NCBI GenBank assembly: GCA_032718475.1
Contig: JAUCBJ010003208.1
Span: 1 to 62,680 of the forward strand
Origin: Nemertoderma westbladi
Lineage: Eukaryota; Animalia; Xenacoelomorpha
Length of the DNA: 62,680 nt
Direction: 5' to 3'
A program made the position numbers and the translations under genes. Shown piece by piece: positions 50,232-62,440 of the stretch (positions within the stretch are counted from its first letter, which is position 1; the number at the start of each line of letters is the position of its first letter). The notes beneath the pieces are model-generated. The model was not told the DNA's origin. It ran no database searches and saw only the letters and a list, made by a program, of their open reading frames with translations.

Positions 50232-50878
50232 TAGGGGTGCACCGGATATCCGATCCGGCCGGATATACGACAGATTTTGGGCAAAATCTGCTATCCGGTA
50301 ATCCGGCCGGATTCAGCTGCCAAAAATATGTTCACGACAAATTGACTGCATGTTCTGAAAGAATCAAAACTTGAATCTGAATTATATATATTTGTTTATA
50401 CTTTATACTACCAAGATCAACTCAAGTCAACTTATCATATCAACTCAGATATCTTATCTATTGAAATTTATTTCAAACTTTGTCAAGTTATGGTAAATAA
50501 AGAGGAGCTCATATCGCCCTCTTGGTAAGAATACGGCTCCTCTTCTCATCTAGAACGTCTCCGAACTTGGAGAACATTGCCTCCGAGAAGAAACCTGAAG
50601 TTAAGTGGTGCCAATCCAAATCTACCGCTGTACCAGTACTTAACGAAAATTTGAGAAGCAAATCTTCGATTTATCTTCCAATTGCAATGATTAGACCTAC
50701 ATAATTAAGGCGCACAGCTATTGCAATACAGCTATAATCAATTAAGCTCTGGTGACAAGGCAAAACAGGGTCTAGAAATAAGTCAATAAGTACAACCTGG
50801 AAAATACGGCCGGATATCCGCCAAAATTCCACTGGATATCCGGACCGGATGGAAGAAGTACTATCCGGTGCACCCCTA
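50232..50878 (-). mobile_element. Internally deleted hAT transposon
   Basis: TIR TAGGGGTGCACCGGATA and 8-bp TSD CTCGTTAA/CTCATTAA. The minus-strand remnant SEAMFSKFGDVLDEKRSRIL...ELLFIYHNL resembles the hAT dimerisation domain (~50480-50590). Confidence 0.9.
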
Positions 50879-51600
50879 CTCATTAATATTTTATAAGTAC
50901 TCACTAACTCTTGTTTCTCAAATTTTTTATTAAACGCTACAACATTTTTATTTTGTTTTTGAGATTTAAAAATTCTGAGAAAATCTATATCCACAAAATA
51001 TCGAAGTTCCACAAAATATTATATCAGTCATCAAATCCAAATAAACCCCCGGTGGTATCCGGATTTTAATAATTCTACGACCTGTACTGATGAAAATGAC
51101 ATATCGTCCAATATTTGTTTACGTGTATAGTGAACACAATACTCGTCTCCTTCATTAGCTTCGTTGCGCTCGTCATGAAGGCCCCACGCAACAAATTATA
51201 CTTGGAAATTTTATAAACTTTAATAATTTATAACAGCGTACCGGATCTTGTAGGCCTAATAGTAACATCGTTCTATAATTCGATATTAAAACGTAACGGA
51301 AAATACTCGATTTCAACTCATTTTCTTTAACGAAATTCATATATTATGTGTGGGTCTTGAGATTTACACGAGTTGTCAAGTTTTTGGAATGCCAAGTACT
51401 GAATATTTTTACTCAAAAAATGTTTCGATAACTCTGAAATTTTGCACTGAAATGTAACTGTGTGAAGGTAAATTAACCGAAAAACGACAAAAATATACTT
51501 TTACATTTTCATACTTTTCTTACTTTTTTTTCACTAGAAATGAAAAATACTTCCTTATTTAAGTTAATTTTATTGTCATTAGGTGCAAAATTGGTTTATT

Positions 51601-51940
51601 GGCCCATGTGAAAAATACCAGACATTCTGCCGTTATATTTCACTTTGCAGTTACCCCCATGTGAAGAATACCAGACTTTCTGCCTTTATATTTCACTTTG
51701 CAGTTACCCCCATGTGAAGAATACCAGGTTTTCACCCAAAAACACTGGTTACAGAAGGGCTTTATCTAACCAAAACAATAAACGAATTAGTATATGTACA
51801 GGTTATAAAACAGAAATAAGCGCTATAAAACACTTAATAAAGATAAATTTAAAAAAAATAAAAAAACTTATATATAAAATTCCAATAAAAAGGTTGACCG
51901 AAAAGTGAAATCCTGGCATTCTTCATCTTCACATATGGGC
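51601..51940. mobile_element. Degenerate TIR MITE carrying the shared core motif
   Basis: GCCCATGTGAA / TTCACATATGGGC ends with similar flanks TGGTTTATT/GAGTTTATT. Core motif on the - strand at 51745-51786. Confidence 0.55.
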
Positions 51941-52286
51941 GAGTTTATTTATACATGGGTTAGTTTACATTCCTTCTTGGACCTGCTTGTCATATAATTA
52001 CTGTCTTACAGTCGTACAGTACTGGAATTAGGTTCCGATATATTTCTATTAGACAGTAGTCTTTACTGTAATAATAGCACTCTGCTTCTCCGGAACTTCT
52101 TTTACTTTACTTGGTTTTTCCTTTACTTTAATTTTTGAAGAAAATTTATTATTTATTCCATGGGAAAAAAGTAGAACCTTTTTTCACTATTCTCGAGGCA
52201 TTTTATATACCGAGCGCCAGCCAGGTCAACCCGTTAAGCGCGAGAGCAAGACCATATGTTGTCCGGTAAATGCGATAGGTGCACCG

Positions 52287-54839
52287 GTGCGCTTTCTATG
52301 GGACTACTGCCAGTGGGAACATTGGTTTTGACCATTAGTGCGCTTTCTATGGGACTACTGCCAGTGGGAACATTGGTTTTGACCATTAGTGCGCTTTCTA
52401 TGGGACTACTGCCAGTGGGAACATTGGTTTTGACACTTAGTGCGCTTTCTATGGGACTACTGCCAGTGGGAACATTGGTTTTGACACTTAGTGCGCTTTC
52501 TATGGGACTACTGTCAGTGGGAACATTGGTTTTGACACTTAGTACGCTTTCTATGGGACTACTGCCAGTGGGAACATTGGTTTTGACACTTAGTGCGCTT
52601 TCTATGGGACTACTGCCAGTGGGAACATTGGTTTTGACACTTAGTGCGCTTTCTATGGGACTACTGCCAGTGGGAACATTGGTTTTGACACTTAGTGCGC
52701 TTTCTATGGGACTACTGCCAGTGGGAACATTGGTTTTGACACTTAGTGCGCTTTCTATGGGACTACTGCCAGTGGGAACATTGGTTTTGACACTTAGTGC
52801 GCTTTCTATGGGACTACTGTCAGTGGGAACATTGGTTTTGACACTTAGTGCGCTTTCTATGGGACTACTGCCAGTGGGAACATTGGTTTTGACACTTAGT
52901 GCGCTTTCTATGGGACTACTGTCAGTGGGAACATTGGTTTTGACACTTAGTGCGCTTTCTATGGGACTACTGCCAGTGGGAACATTGGTTTTGACACTTA
53001 GTGCGCTTTTTATGGGACTACTGCCAGTGGGAACATTGGTTTTGACACTTAGTGCGCTTTCTATGGGACTACTGCCAGTGGGAACATTGGTTTTGACACT
53101 TAGTGCGCTTTCTATGGGACTACTGCCAGTGGGAACATTGGTTTTGACACTTAGTGCGCTTTCTATGGGACTACTGCCAGTGGGAACATTGGTTTTGACA
53201 CTTAGTGCGCTTTCTATGGGACTACTGCCAGTGGGAACATTGGTTTTGACACTTAGTGCGCTTTCTATGGGACTACTGCCAGTGGGAACATTGGTTTTGA
53301 CACTTAGTGCGCTTTCTATGGGACTACTGCCAGTGGGAACATTGGTTTTGACACTTAGTGCGCTTTCTATGGGACTACTGCCAGTGGGAACATTGGTTTT
53401 GACACTTAGTGCGCTTTCTATGGGACTACTGCCAGTGGGAACATTGGTTTTGACACTTAGTGCGCTTTCTATGGGACTACTGCCAGTGGGAACATTGGTT
53501 TTGACACTTAGTGCGCTTTCTATGGGACTACTGCCAGTGGGAACATTGGTTTTGACACTTAGTGCGCTTTCTATGGGACTACTGTCAGTGGGAACATTGG
53601 TTTTGACACTTAGTGCGCTTTCTATGGGACTACTGCCAGTGGGAACATTGGTTTTGACACTTAGTGCGCTTTCTATGGGACTACTGCCAGTGGGAACATT
53701 GGTTTTGACACTTAGTGCGCTTTCTATGGGACTACTGCCAGTGGGAACATTGGTTTTGACACTTAGTGCGCTTTCTATGGGACTACTGCCAGTAGGAACA
53801 TTGGTTTTGACCATTAGTCCGCTTTTTGTATGGGACTACTGCCAGTGGGAACATTGGTTTTGACACTTAGTGCGCTTTCTATGGGACTACTGCCAGTGGG
53901 AACATTGGTTTTGACACTTAGTGCGCTTTCTATGGGACTACTGCCAGTGGGAACATTGGTTTTGACACTTAGTGCGCTTTCTATGGGACTACTGTCAGTG
54001 GGAACATTGGTTTTGACACTTAGTGCGCTTTCTATGGGACTACTGCCAGTGGGAACATTGGTTTTGACACTTAGTGCGCTTTCTATGGGACTACTGCCAG
54101 TGGGAACATTGGTTTTGACACTTAGTGCGCTTTCTATGGGACTACTGCCAGTGGGAACATTGGTTTTGACACTTAGTGCGCTTTCTATGGGACTACTGCC
54201 AGTGGGAACATTGGTTTTGACACTTAGTGCGCTTTCTATGGGACTACTGTCAGTGGGAACATTGGTTTTGACACTTAGTGCGCTTTCTATGGGACTACTG
54301 CCAGTGGGAACATTGGTTTTGACACTTAGTGCGCTTTCTATGGGACTACTGCCAGTGGGAACATTGGTTTTGACACTTAGTGCGCTTTCTATGGGACTAC
54401 TGCCAGTGGGAACATTGGTTTTGACACTTAGTGCGCTTTCTATGGGACTACTGCCAGTGGGAACATTGGTTTTGACACTTAGTGCGCTTTCTATGGGACT
54501 ACTGTCAGTGGGAACATTGGTTTTGACACTTAGTGCGCTTTCTATGGGACTACTGCCAGTGGGAACATTGGTTTTGACACTTAGTGCGCTTTCTATGGGA
54601 CTACTGCCAGAACATTGGTTTTGACACTTAGTGCGCTTTCTATGGGACTACTGCCAGTGGGAACATTGGTTTTGACACTTAGTGCGCTTTCTATGGGACT
54701 ACTGCCAGTGGGAACATTGGTTTTGACACTTAGTGCGCTTTCTATGGGACTACTGCCAGTGGGAACATTGGTTTTGACACTTAGTGCGCTTTCTATGGGA
54801 CTACTGCCAGTGGGAACATTGGTTTTGACACTTAGTGCG
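52287..54839. repeat. 51-bp highly homogeneous minisatellite (~50 units)
   Basis: Unit AGTGCGCTTTCTATGGGACTACTGCCAGTGGGAACATTGGTTTTGACACTT. Confidence 0.98.
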
Positions 54840-56333
54840 ATTTTAATTATTGATGTTAATTGTTTCGCATTTCAGCTTTACCATCATGTTTGCCTCAGTA
54901 TTAGACAATAATTCTACTAAAAACTGAATCTATGTAGCTGCTTCCTGTCCATATAGTTATCCACTACTGTAGTATTGCAAAATAATCCAATTTATATATG
55001 AGATCGGTTTGGGTTTTTTTTAGATCAGTTTTGGTTTTGGATCGAATTTTGATTTGTTTTTTCTAGAATTTCTAGATCAATGCAACAATTTTCGGTCATT
55101 TGAACTGTCGGTTCACCATTGTTTGTCTGTTTGTCCGTCACAGCGAAAACTTTAAACCAAAGGTCTGCACCTTAAAAATTCACTGCCTTTTTTGAAATGC
55201 CTCTGTCACCGCAAATGTGACTATAAATCTCTGTCTCTCGTTTGTCTGTTTATCTTGTTTAATTGCATTTCTTGTTGAGTATAACTGATTAATGTATATT
55301 TACACCTGATCATTTAAAATTTCCAACTAAAACACTGCAATAACCTTCTATTTGAGCTCCGGAGCTCATAATAACATTTGACACGAAGTGGGCATGATCA
55401 CCGATGCGCATTCCGTATTACAGTTGTATCCCATTATCGCGAAATGCGCACCGGTGCTCCGTTCATACTTAAAAAAAGTTTTATTATTATTTCAGATCTG
55501 CGCATGGAATGCGCGCCGTTCCTCAAACCGCATATCTATCCGATTGGCTGTAACTTAACGGGAATGTTTGAAATGCGCACCGGTTCTCAAATCTTAATGA
55601 GATTGCCTGAAATTTGAAAGATAGTTAGTTTTATCTCCCTCCTCCTTGCTGGGTGAGCCAGAATTATTATTTTTGCTTTCATTCTTTAACTACAAGCGTT
55701 TAAAAAAAGTGTCTCCGTCGATATTGCACTAGGTACACCGCAGATATTCTTCAACCTTATATAGTGATTTATTGGTACCAATGGAAAGCTGGCCATATCG
55801 AAGGATTCCAAATATGAAAAAATATTTGAATTTGGTTGGAAAATAGCGAGATATCGGCATTTGCAAGTTGCACGTATTTCCTTCCGCTGCATTCCATTTA
55901 TTCTATTTAATACGTTACTTTTTTCCCTGGGGAAAAAAGTACTCATTTTTCTCCCGATTTTTGGGTATATTATTCAAGCGAAAAAGTAACAAATAAATTT
56001 AAGAATATTATTAGCTCTGTTATCTCTATGAAATCGAAACAATATTAATTGTGATGTCAGGCGGGTAGACATGTCGTGGTAGGTAATATAATGGATGGGT
56101 TTATGAATTTTATTTTATTTTCTTGAATCAGGCGATTGTTATGGAAATTTATATTCAACAAAAACTAAAATTGTTGCTATAAAATGAGTCACTAGGATAA
56201 TAAATATATTTTCCCGGTGTATGTATTTCTTAAATTTTTACCGTTTCATAATTTGATTCAGTTTTATTAGAGTCAGAGTAGTGCCAGAATTTATTTACAT
56301 GCTACTGGCAGCCAAGGCAATTAATTAATGTAC

Positions 56334-56673
56334 GTTACTAGGAAACCATTGACGCTTTAATAATGTACCAAAACAATTATTATTGAATTTCAGAATAGCT
56401 ATTGCAGATTGGCTGTGTAGCTGCCGCAAAGTATTTATAACAATCTAAAGAAAATAATCGAACTCTGTAATTTATTGAAACTATTTATTGGAGATTATCA
56501 CTGTAATTGTCTAAAAATGGATTATGCTGTCTTATAATCATCACCTATTCGGTTATTTATTTATAAATCTACGGTGAGTGGCTTTTAAAATTAATATTAC
56601 TATCTCAACGTAATAAAAGTCTAGCAAAATGTTGAACATTTTAATTTGTTGATAATCCCATTGCCATGGTAAC
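56334..56673 (+). promoter_or_regulatory. Two RFX X-boxes around a putative non-coding first exon of the C3orf84-like gene
   Basis: GTTACTAGGAAAC (56334), ATTGCCATGGTAAC (56660), an inverted CCAAT at ~56408, and a donor ACG|GTGAGT at 56574. Confidence 0.5.
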
Positions 56674-56910
56674 AGATAAATTAAAAATGTTACTAAGGCC
56701 TCCCGTTTGAAATCGTGTGGTTTTCATAATTATTTTTATTATTTGCAACTAACATGCCTGGGGCATTGTTTTACAGTTTTGATTATTTGTGAAATATATA
56801 AATGTGATTCACATATTACGATTTAGAATAAATAGTTACCAATAGTGCTTGTGGGTTAGCAAAATCTACAGAACACAGGTCACTATTTACTGTCAATCTG
56901 TATAATATAT

Positions 56911-56969
56911 TGCAGTCAAGGACTACTATACTAATACTACTATTAGTAGTATAGTAGTCCTTGACTGCA
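56911..56969. repeat. 59-bp hairpin or palindromic mini-element
   Basis: 23-bp arms TGCAGTCAAGGACTACTATACTA / TAGTATAGTAGTCCTTGACTGCA. Confidence 0.8.
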
Positions 56970-58061
56970 GTAGATTATACTATCTAAGTTTAAGGCTTTA
57001 GTCTGAAAATTTTCGAATCAATAATATTGTACTAGGCCTTCCCATACGTATTATAAATACTACTTATGTTGAGTGCAGATATTGTTCTAGAACAATAATA
57101 AAAACAAAAGGAGAGCGGTGATAGGGTGGTTATGAATTTATTGCCTAAGTAATTGGCTACGGTACCGTATGCCACTACACTTTTTAAACATTATTCATTG
57201 TTACTATTGCAACAATAGTAGTTATAGAACAACATATAAATGTTATTTAACTACGGTATTCTAGAACATAAATGAAATAAATATTATAATGTTCTAGAAC
57301 ATGCAGTTAGTTATTTTTTAATTTTAAATTAGATAGCTAGTAATTTAAAAAATTCATATTTCAACTTTTAACAATTTTTTAACAAATTATTTTTTATTAG
57401 CTGCCACAAAAAATACTAGATATCTCAAAAATGATCTCAAAAAATGTTTTATGTTTGAGGTACTTTTAGAGTCCAAATGAGTTCCGTCTTTGTTAACCAA
57501 TTTGTTAGATATTACTCAGCTCATATTACTAAGTACCACATCATTTTTCTTGCGAATTTTAATTGGTGGATCATACGGAAGTGTAACCGTAATAATGTTT
57601 TAGTTAAACATACCGGCACTGAGAGATAATTAGTTCACGGTTATATTAATTTGGAATTATCTTCCTTTTGATGTTCGTTCGGCATCTACCCTAATCGTAT
57701 TTAAGAGCCAGTTGAACTAATATTTCTTCGGTATAGCCTACAATTAGGGCCTACAATTACTTTAATTTGATTCATTTTAAATATTCTTAATAATAATAAT
57801 AATAACTGTTTAAAACATTCTATGTATATTTACGATAATTTTAAGATTAATATTAAATCAAACTTTAATGATTGAATTCAAACTTACTGTAAACATACTG
57901 TTTAATCAGGTTTTTTTTATTATTTTCATTTTGTCTTTAGGACTGACTACCTACTTCTGTAGTCTTTAACTAAAACGTTATTTTTCTTTTCAGAACTGTT
58001 TACAAAACCTCAGCTAATTAATAGTCAACACGTGCAATTTATTTACAGAATCATTATCAAT

Positions 58062-58088
58062 ATGACCGCCGATACAGTGGGGTCATGG
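58062..58088 (+). CDS. C3orf84: C3orf84/HDNR-family gene, coding exon 1
   Basis: ATG gives MTADTVGSW|GTGAGT. VGSW matches the C3orf84 N-terminus as recalled. Confidence 0.75.
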
Positions 58089-58246
58089 GTGAGTCTATTA
58101 ATATACAATTCGCAAAACATTTATTTAAAATAACCTACTATTTAAATCCGAATACTAGATTGCTCGTTTCGTCTGCATAACATTATTCTAGATTTATTAA
58201 ACTGTGTCAATAAAAGTCCCATAACGGAAGGTTATTGGTTTTATAG

Positions 58247-58438
58247 TTTCCAACGGGTTACCATGGACATTGGAGATCTAAGGACAGGACGGATAACTTT
58301 CTTGAGGATTTCCGTAAATCTGCCCGACCTGCCCCTCCGGAACGGTTTAACAACCGCGTTCGAGTCATCCGGAATAATCCGTTCTCGGACCACGACAGTC
58401 GGAACTCCTACTGCTCTGACGCGCTCTCATTCGGCAAG
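58247..58438 (+). CDS. C3orf84: C3orf84/HDNR-family gene, coding exon 2
   Basis: ttttatag acceptor, phase 0. FPTGYHGHWRSKDRTDNFLEDFRKSARPAPPERF...PFSDHDSRNSY...FGK|GTTGGT, with HDSR at the HDNR motif position. Confidence 0.8.
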
Positions 58439-58550
58439 GTTGGTGAAATACATCGAGAATGTTGAATTTAAATCCCCCATTAAATTTGTTGATTGGGATT
58501 TTAAACATACCGTACAGTATTAAATTATTACCATGACTTTAAGAACACTG

Positions 58551-59082
58551 CACACACAGTGCCGGTATACCCAGCATCGCGCCCCCAGATCTCACAGTCA
58601 GCCATACACAGTACCGGTAGACCCCGCAACGCGCCCCCAGATCTCACAGTTAGCCACACACAGTGCCGGTAGACCCAGCAACGCGCCCCCAGATCTCACA
58701 GTTAGCCACACACAGTGCCGGTAGACCCAGCAACGCGCCCCCAGATCTCACGGTTAGCCACACACAGTGCCGATAGACCCAGCAACGCGCCCCCAGATCT
58801 CATGGTTAGCCACACACAATGCCGGTAGGTAGACCAGGGAACGCGCCCCCAGATCTCACGGTTAGCCACACACAGTGCCGGTAGACCCAGCAACGCGCCC
58901 CCAGATCTCACAGTTAGCCACACACAGTGCCGGTAGACCCAGCAACGCGCCCCCAGATCTCACGGTTAGCCACACACAGTGCCGGTAGACCCAGCAACGC
59001 GCCCCCAGATCTCACGGTTAGCCACACACAATGCCGGTAGGTAGACCAGGGAACGCGCCCCCAGTTCTCACGGTTAGCCATA
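58551..59082. repeat. 52-bp minisatellite x~10 derived from a LINE 3' end
   Basis: Unit CACACAGTGCCGGTAGACCCAGCAACGCGCCCCCAGATCTCACAGTTAGCCA. Confidence 0.93.
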
Positions 59083-59190
59083 CATTTTCCAGTTCATCCC
59101 TATTCCCAAGTCTTGTTTCCTTGAGTATGCGTTTGAGGAAAGTCATTGACTGTCCACCACGCATATTCTTACCAGCACAAGGTTGTGTAT
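59060..59190 (-). pseudogene. RTE-like LINE ORF C-terminal remnant
   Basis: Minus strand reads QPCAGKNMRGGQSMTFLKRILKETRLGNRDELEN-(fs)-MANRE.WGR, resembling the RTE-type P.G.R.RG...L..DTGL...EL...M.DR..W terminus. Confidence 0.55.
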
Positions 59191-59934
59191 AGGTTGATCC
59201 TGTACCTTGATCCTGTACCCTGTCCCTGATCCTTAAACTGTCTAACTACAAAACAAAAAATAATTTAATTGAAAACATATTTAAATACTTTTATGACGTG
59301 ATATTACATGGGGAGGGGGGGGGGGGGGGGGGTGGGTTGAAGAAACCGCGACGTCATATTTGATTTTGGACACGTTTAAAAATAGGATATTATCCCGAAC
59401 ATAATATGGTGAATAAACTTGTAGGCCCATCAATTATTTAACTTTACTTAATGTGACTCTCTTAAATTATTTTATATCTCAAATGATTGAGTTTTTTAAT
59501 TTTTATGATTATTACAGTTTTATAATTATTTTTTAAGCGCTCTGAAACTGGCTCAGAAGAGCGCTATATAAATAGTTAATAATAATAATGATTAGGCCCT
59601 GGCTATATGCTCAAAAATATATCGTAAATGAAGTTTATGACGTAAAGTAGAGAGCAGCAATAAGGTTTAAGAAATAAATCCCATATTCTCTTATTTTACT
59701 TTTTCGCCGGGAAAAAGGAAAATCAATGCAAGCCTATGGGTTACTTTATTTCCCAAGGGGGGAAAGTACTCCTTTCACTCTCAATTTTGGGTTATCTTTG
59801 GGCGAAAAGACTGTCCGACCTACAAACAGACAGACAGACCGACCAACCAACCAAAGGTATATATATATATGTGAGGTCGGGTGGGGAGTATGGCTGCGTT
59901 GTATGATAAATTATGACACTATGGGCTATTGCGT

Positions 59935-61326
59935 CTATTGATCGTCTGGTACCGGTAGTACGTCTGGTACCGGTAGTAATACCAAATAGTGATACAGAAG
60001 AAAGGTAAACCAATTATGTTGATTTGTGTAATTCTCCATTTGCATTTGATTCTCCAAGCCAACCGTGAAGCGGAAATCAACTCCGGTCGTTTCGATATCA
60101 GTTATCCTCTGGTAGTTCAACACATCCAACTCGACTCCCTCCGCAAACACGATATGAAACTTCCTTAATTCTGTGTGAAAATAACTAAAAAAGTTGCAAA
60201 TGTCATCTATAACTTCAGTTTGGAGATGCGCTTGGATCATTGTGACGCTTCTTAACTTCGAACACTCTCTCATCATAGAAACGAACTCGGTACGGATTAA
60301 TTCATCTTCCTGTTTCACATCGCACAACAATTCCAAATTTTCTAGTCTGTGGTAAAAGTTTTTTTCCAGATATAGGAATAGCATTGCTATATCGACTGTT
60401 TCCATCACCGCTCCTAACTTCAAAGTTGACAGAGGAGTTTGTTTTTGAATTAATCGAGTAATTGAATTACAATCAACTGTGTCGTCGAGGGAAATAAACA
60501 TATCGAATGTCATATGAACTGAGAGCTGCTCGTGGTTGGCGATTCTCCATGGGCAGTTTAAATCGTCGGCGATAGGTTGAATATCAGCAACGTCAGTCAC
60601 ATTAAGGCGCAGCGTCAAATTTGTGAGAGAGGGACATTTATTGAGAAGTTCCCCTAACAAATCCCGATTCAAGTAATTGTAGTTTATAGTCAAGTTCGTT
60701 AACTTCTCTAAAGTGGTAAGCGGTGTCATAACATGTGAGATAGGTGTCCCTGGGGAAGCCTCAGAAGGGTCAATTAAATCATAGATAACGAGGTGTCTTA
60801 GAGAACTGCGGTTGTTTCTGACCAGACTACTTATAAGTTGGGAGCCTTCAGCTAAAGGTTTTATATTGAGATCGTTAATAGTCAGTTCTTCTAACGTATT
60901 TTGTGAATCAATGAAATTCTTTACATTACGATAGAACTGGATATCGCTCGTCTTGAAGTATCCCGATAAAGTAAATTCTTTTAGTCTCGATGCCTTGAGA
61001 TAGCTCAATGATTGACTGAGAGGAATTATAGTTTCTGGCAGTAGTCTAGTTTTACTACTTCGTATGCACAACTTGCAATATATTGTAACATGTTGCATAT
61101 GTCTCCCGTATTTCCGTAATACAAGTAACTCGTTCCAATTATTCTCTGGTTTTTCATTCAAGACAATTCTTTTTGTTCTCCAACAACTTGCCTCTAAGCT
61201 ATCATCACCACGGAGAGGTGATGGGAGGTCTTCTCGTTGTTCGTCGTCACTTTCACTTTCGTAAGCCCAAGGAAATCTGCGCTTCAACGAATATTTTTCT
61301 CTAGAATGTCCAGGTGTATCTCCCAT
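59935..61326 (-). CDS. Intronless FBXO39/FBXL-like leucine-rich repeat protein (463 aa)
   Basis: Repeated LxxLxL units (LKEFTL, LEELTI, LRHLVI, LTNLTI, LTNLTL, LSTLKL, LENLEL, LRSVTM) and a post-F-box-like WRT...LRKYGRHMQHVTI segment. No complete F-box visible. Confidence 0.75.
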   Translation of the reverse strand: MGDTPGHSREKYSLKRRFPWAYESESDDEQREDLPSPLRGDDSLEASCWRTKRIVLNEKPENNWNELLVLRKYGRHMQHVTIYCKLCIRSSKTRLLPETIIPLSQSLSYLKASRLKEFTLSGYFKTSDIQFYRNVKNFIDSQNTLEELTINDLNIKPLAEGSQLISSLVRNNRSSLRHLVIYDLIDPSEASPGTPISHVMTPLTTLEKLTNLTINYNYLNRDLLGELLNKCPSLTNLTLRLNVTDVADIQPIADDLNCPWRIANHEQLSVHMTFDMFISLDDTVDCNSITRLIQKQTPLSTLKLGAVMETVDIAMLFLYLEKNFYHRLENLELLCDVKQEDELIRTEFVSMMRECSKLRSVTMIQAHLQTEVIDDICNFFSYFHTELRKFHIVFAEGVELDVLNYQRITDIETTGVDFRFTVGLENQMQMENYTNQHNWFTFLLYHYLVLLPVPDVLPVPDDQ

Positions 61327-62194
61327 AATGAAAGTAATTTATTTAAATGTGTTGAAGTGAAACTGAGAGATCGCGGTACTGTCATGCTACTTTTGGTCAG
61401 ATCCTTAGTTTATTGTTACTATTTAAAGACAACCATCTCCATAAAGCTAACCAACCAAATTGTGAACCTAACGTACGTAATGGACATACAAATCACTTTC
61501 TAGAATAGATTATTACGCAATTACATTGGAAACATTGTGCTAAATCAGTTCATTATTATTAATGTTTTTGCTTGCTCTTTTTATTTTTATTTTGATACAA
61601 TGTATATTAATTTAAAGACTTCAAATTTTATACTTAAATTGTTACTTTTTCACCCGAATATACTCCAAAATATCGATCAAAATGATTACTTTTTCCCTAG
61701 GGAACATATGTAACTCAGTAATGCATTGATTTTACTCTCCGATATTACCAGAAACTAAACATTAGTGAAATGGCAATTCTGTAGAATCAAAATTAAGTAT
61801 TGATGAAAATCACGACCGATTGCTCCAATTTTATCTACGAGCCGCCATAATGCCATTTTGTAAATTCGGGAATGTCGGTGAATGAGAAGAAATCTAAATG
61901 TTTTGTCATTAATGGTCTATTCCGATAAATCCCCGATGATTATTTAGTAATTATAAAGTTATTTTGAACCAATTCAATCGCCTTGTAAAAATATTATTAT
62001 CGTTAAGGACCCAGACTCCTGTAACACACAGATGAATGTTTCGTTGGACCAAATATCCCTCCTTTGTCACATTGTGTTTATCGTCTAGGAAGAAGCGTTA
62101 TGTTGACAAATTTATAAAATTAGATGATCTTTAAATTCCCTTGGTTAGAGTTCTTAAAATGTACAATGAAGCTAATATGTCTGGGTATAAGATC

Positions 62195-62440
62195 CTGATG
62201 GAATAACAAGATTTCACACCTATCGAACGTTAATCCACGTACGCTCATTCCACTGCCCGGCTACATCAATCTAAAACCCTTCATCACCGACCACGAACGT
62301 GTTGATCTGACTCGTTTGCGGGTCCCATCATACGTTACGAATTATTGGAACTGGGGAGCCGTATTCCAAGGAATCACGTGTCTCTTGTTGTGACGGACCA
62401 CGTGCAAACACGAAACCCATGTGGTTCTGTTTTATCCTTT
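62195..62440 (+). pseudogene. Degenerate non-LTR retrotransposon 3' fragment
   Basis: LKPFITDHERVDLTRLRVPSY...ELGSRIPRNHV resembles the LINE C-terminal LTRxRxSSH...E.GR..RIP motif. Frameshifted. Confidence 0.55.

Noticed and set aside
52234-54911. 526/535-aa ORFs that look like mucin or membrane proteins
   Set aside because: A 51-bp (3n) satellite broken by frameshifts at ~53825 and ~54610, with no unique coding flanks.
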